DNA of 64,000 bases, from the NCBI RefSeq assembly GCF_006345805.1, contig NC_042999.1, positions 1,674,001 through 1,738,000 on the forward strand. Reading direction: 5' to 3'. The stretch comes from Octopus sinensis. Its lineage: Eukaryota. The translations under genes were made by a program, and so were the position numbers. Positions within the stretch are counted from its first letter, which is position 1, and the number at the start of each line of letters is the position of its first letter. This document shows, piece after piece, positions 63,461-64,000 of the stretch. The notes beneath the pieces are model-generated. The model made no database searches and was not told where the DNA came from. It saw nothing but the letters and a program-made list of their open reading frames with translations.

Positions 63461-64000
63461 GTCAGAAAATATAAACACAGAGGAATGTAAAAGAGCTGTT
63501 TCCCCTTCTGTGGCAGATCTCATCAATGTGGCCATGCCCATCTCTTGTTCCCACTCGTCTAATCGTCATCATAACCGTCATCATCATCATCATCCTCATC
63601 ATAATCGTCATCATCATCATTATAACCAACATCATCATCGTCATCATCATCATCATCATCATAACCATCATTGTCATCGTCATCATCATCATCATCATCA
63701 TCATCATAACCATCATCGTCATCATCATCATCATAACCGCCATCTCCCTGTAACTTAGATGTAAGGCCCTTGCTCTCTGCCCTTCACATCTTCCTCATTT
63801 TCCTCTGCTCTGTTTCCCTATTGGAGCAAGCAATATTTCTCTTCTAATGCAACACACTTTCTTTGTCTTGCATTACCACTGCCCCCCACCCCAGTCAAGG
63901 GGTCTTGTTTTGCTGTTTACTCAGTGACCTCACTCTGTAGAACGGTTGGTGTCAAGAACGGCATCCAGTCATAGAAACCCTGCCAATGCAGGTAGCGGAA

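Overview
AT-rich, repeat-saturated animal DNA. Composition and repeat families suggest an octopod cephalopod (Octopus-like); this is my recognition, not a database result. I can support no host protein-coding exon and no intact tRNA/rRNA gene, so the window looks intergenic or intronic. Nearly all ORFs in the supplied track are translations of microsatellites. Content: modular tRNA-derived SINEs (my labels A, B, E), a tandem-unit RTE-like non-autonomous family (C), a (TAA)n-flanked non-autonomous family (F), nine Dong/R4-type LINE fragments, and relics of RTE, CR1, L1/Tx1, mariner, piggyBac, hAT and Helitron. The most notable signal is at least 14 hammerhead-ribozyme (HHR) motifs, intact, variant or broken, in short Penelope-like non-autonomous elements. 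These include a 2-kb hotspot at 27.8-29.8 kb with a complete type I HHR and a tandemly duplicated 409-bp fold-back carrying an HHR in each arm, and a family combining a tRNA-like head, (TAA)n and an HHR tail, once as a head-to-head inverted pair. All structures were folded by eye, and element boundaries are approximate unless a TSD or TIR is quoted.
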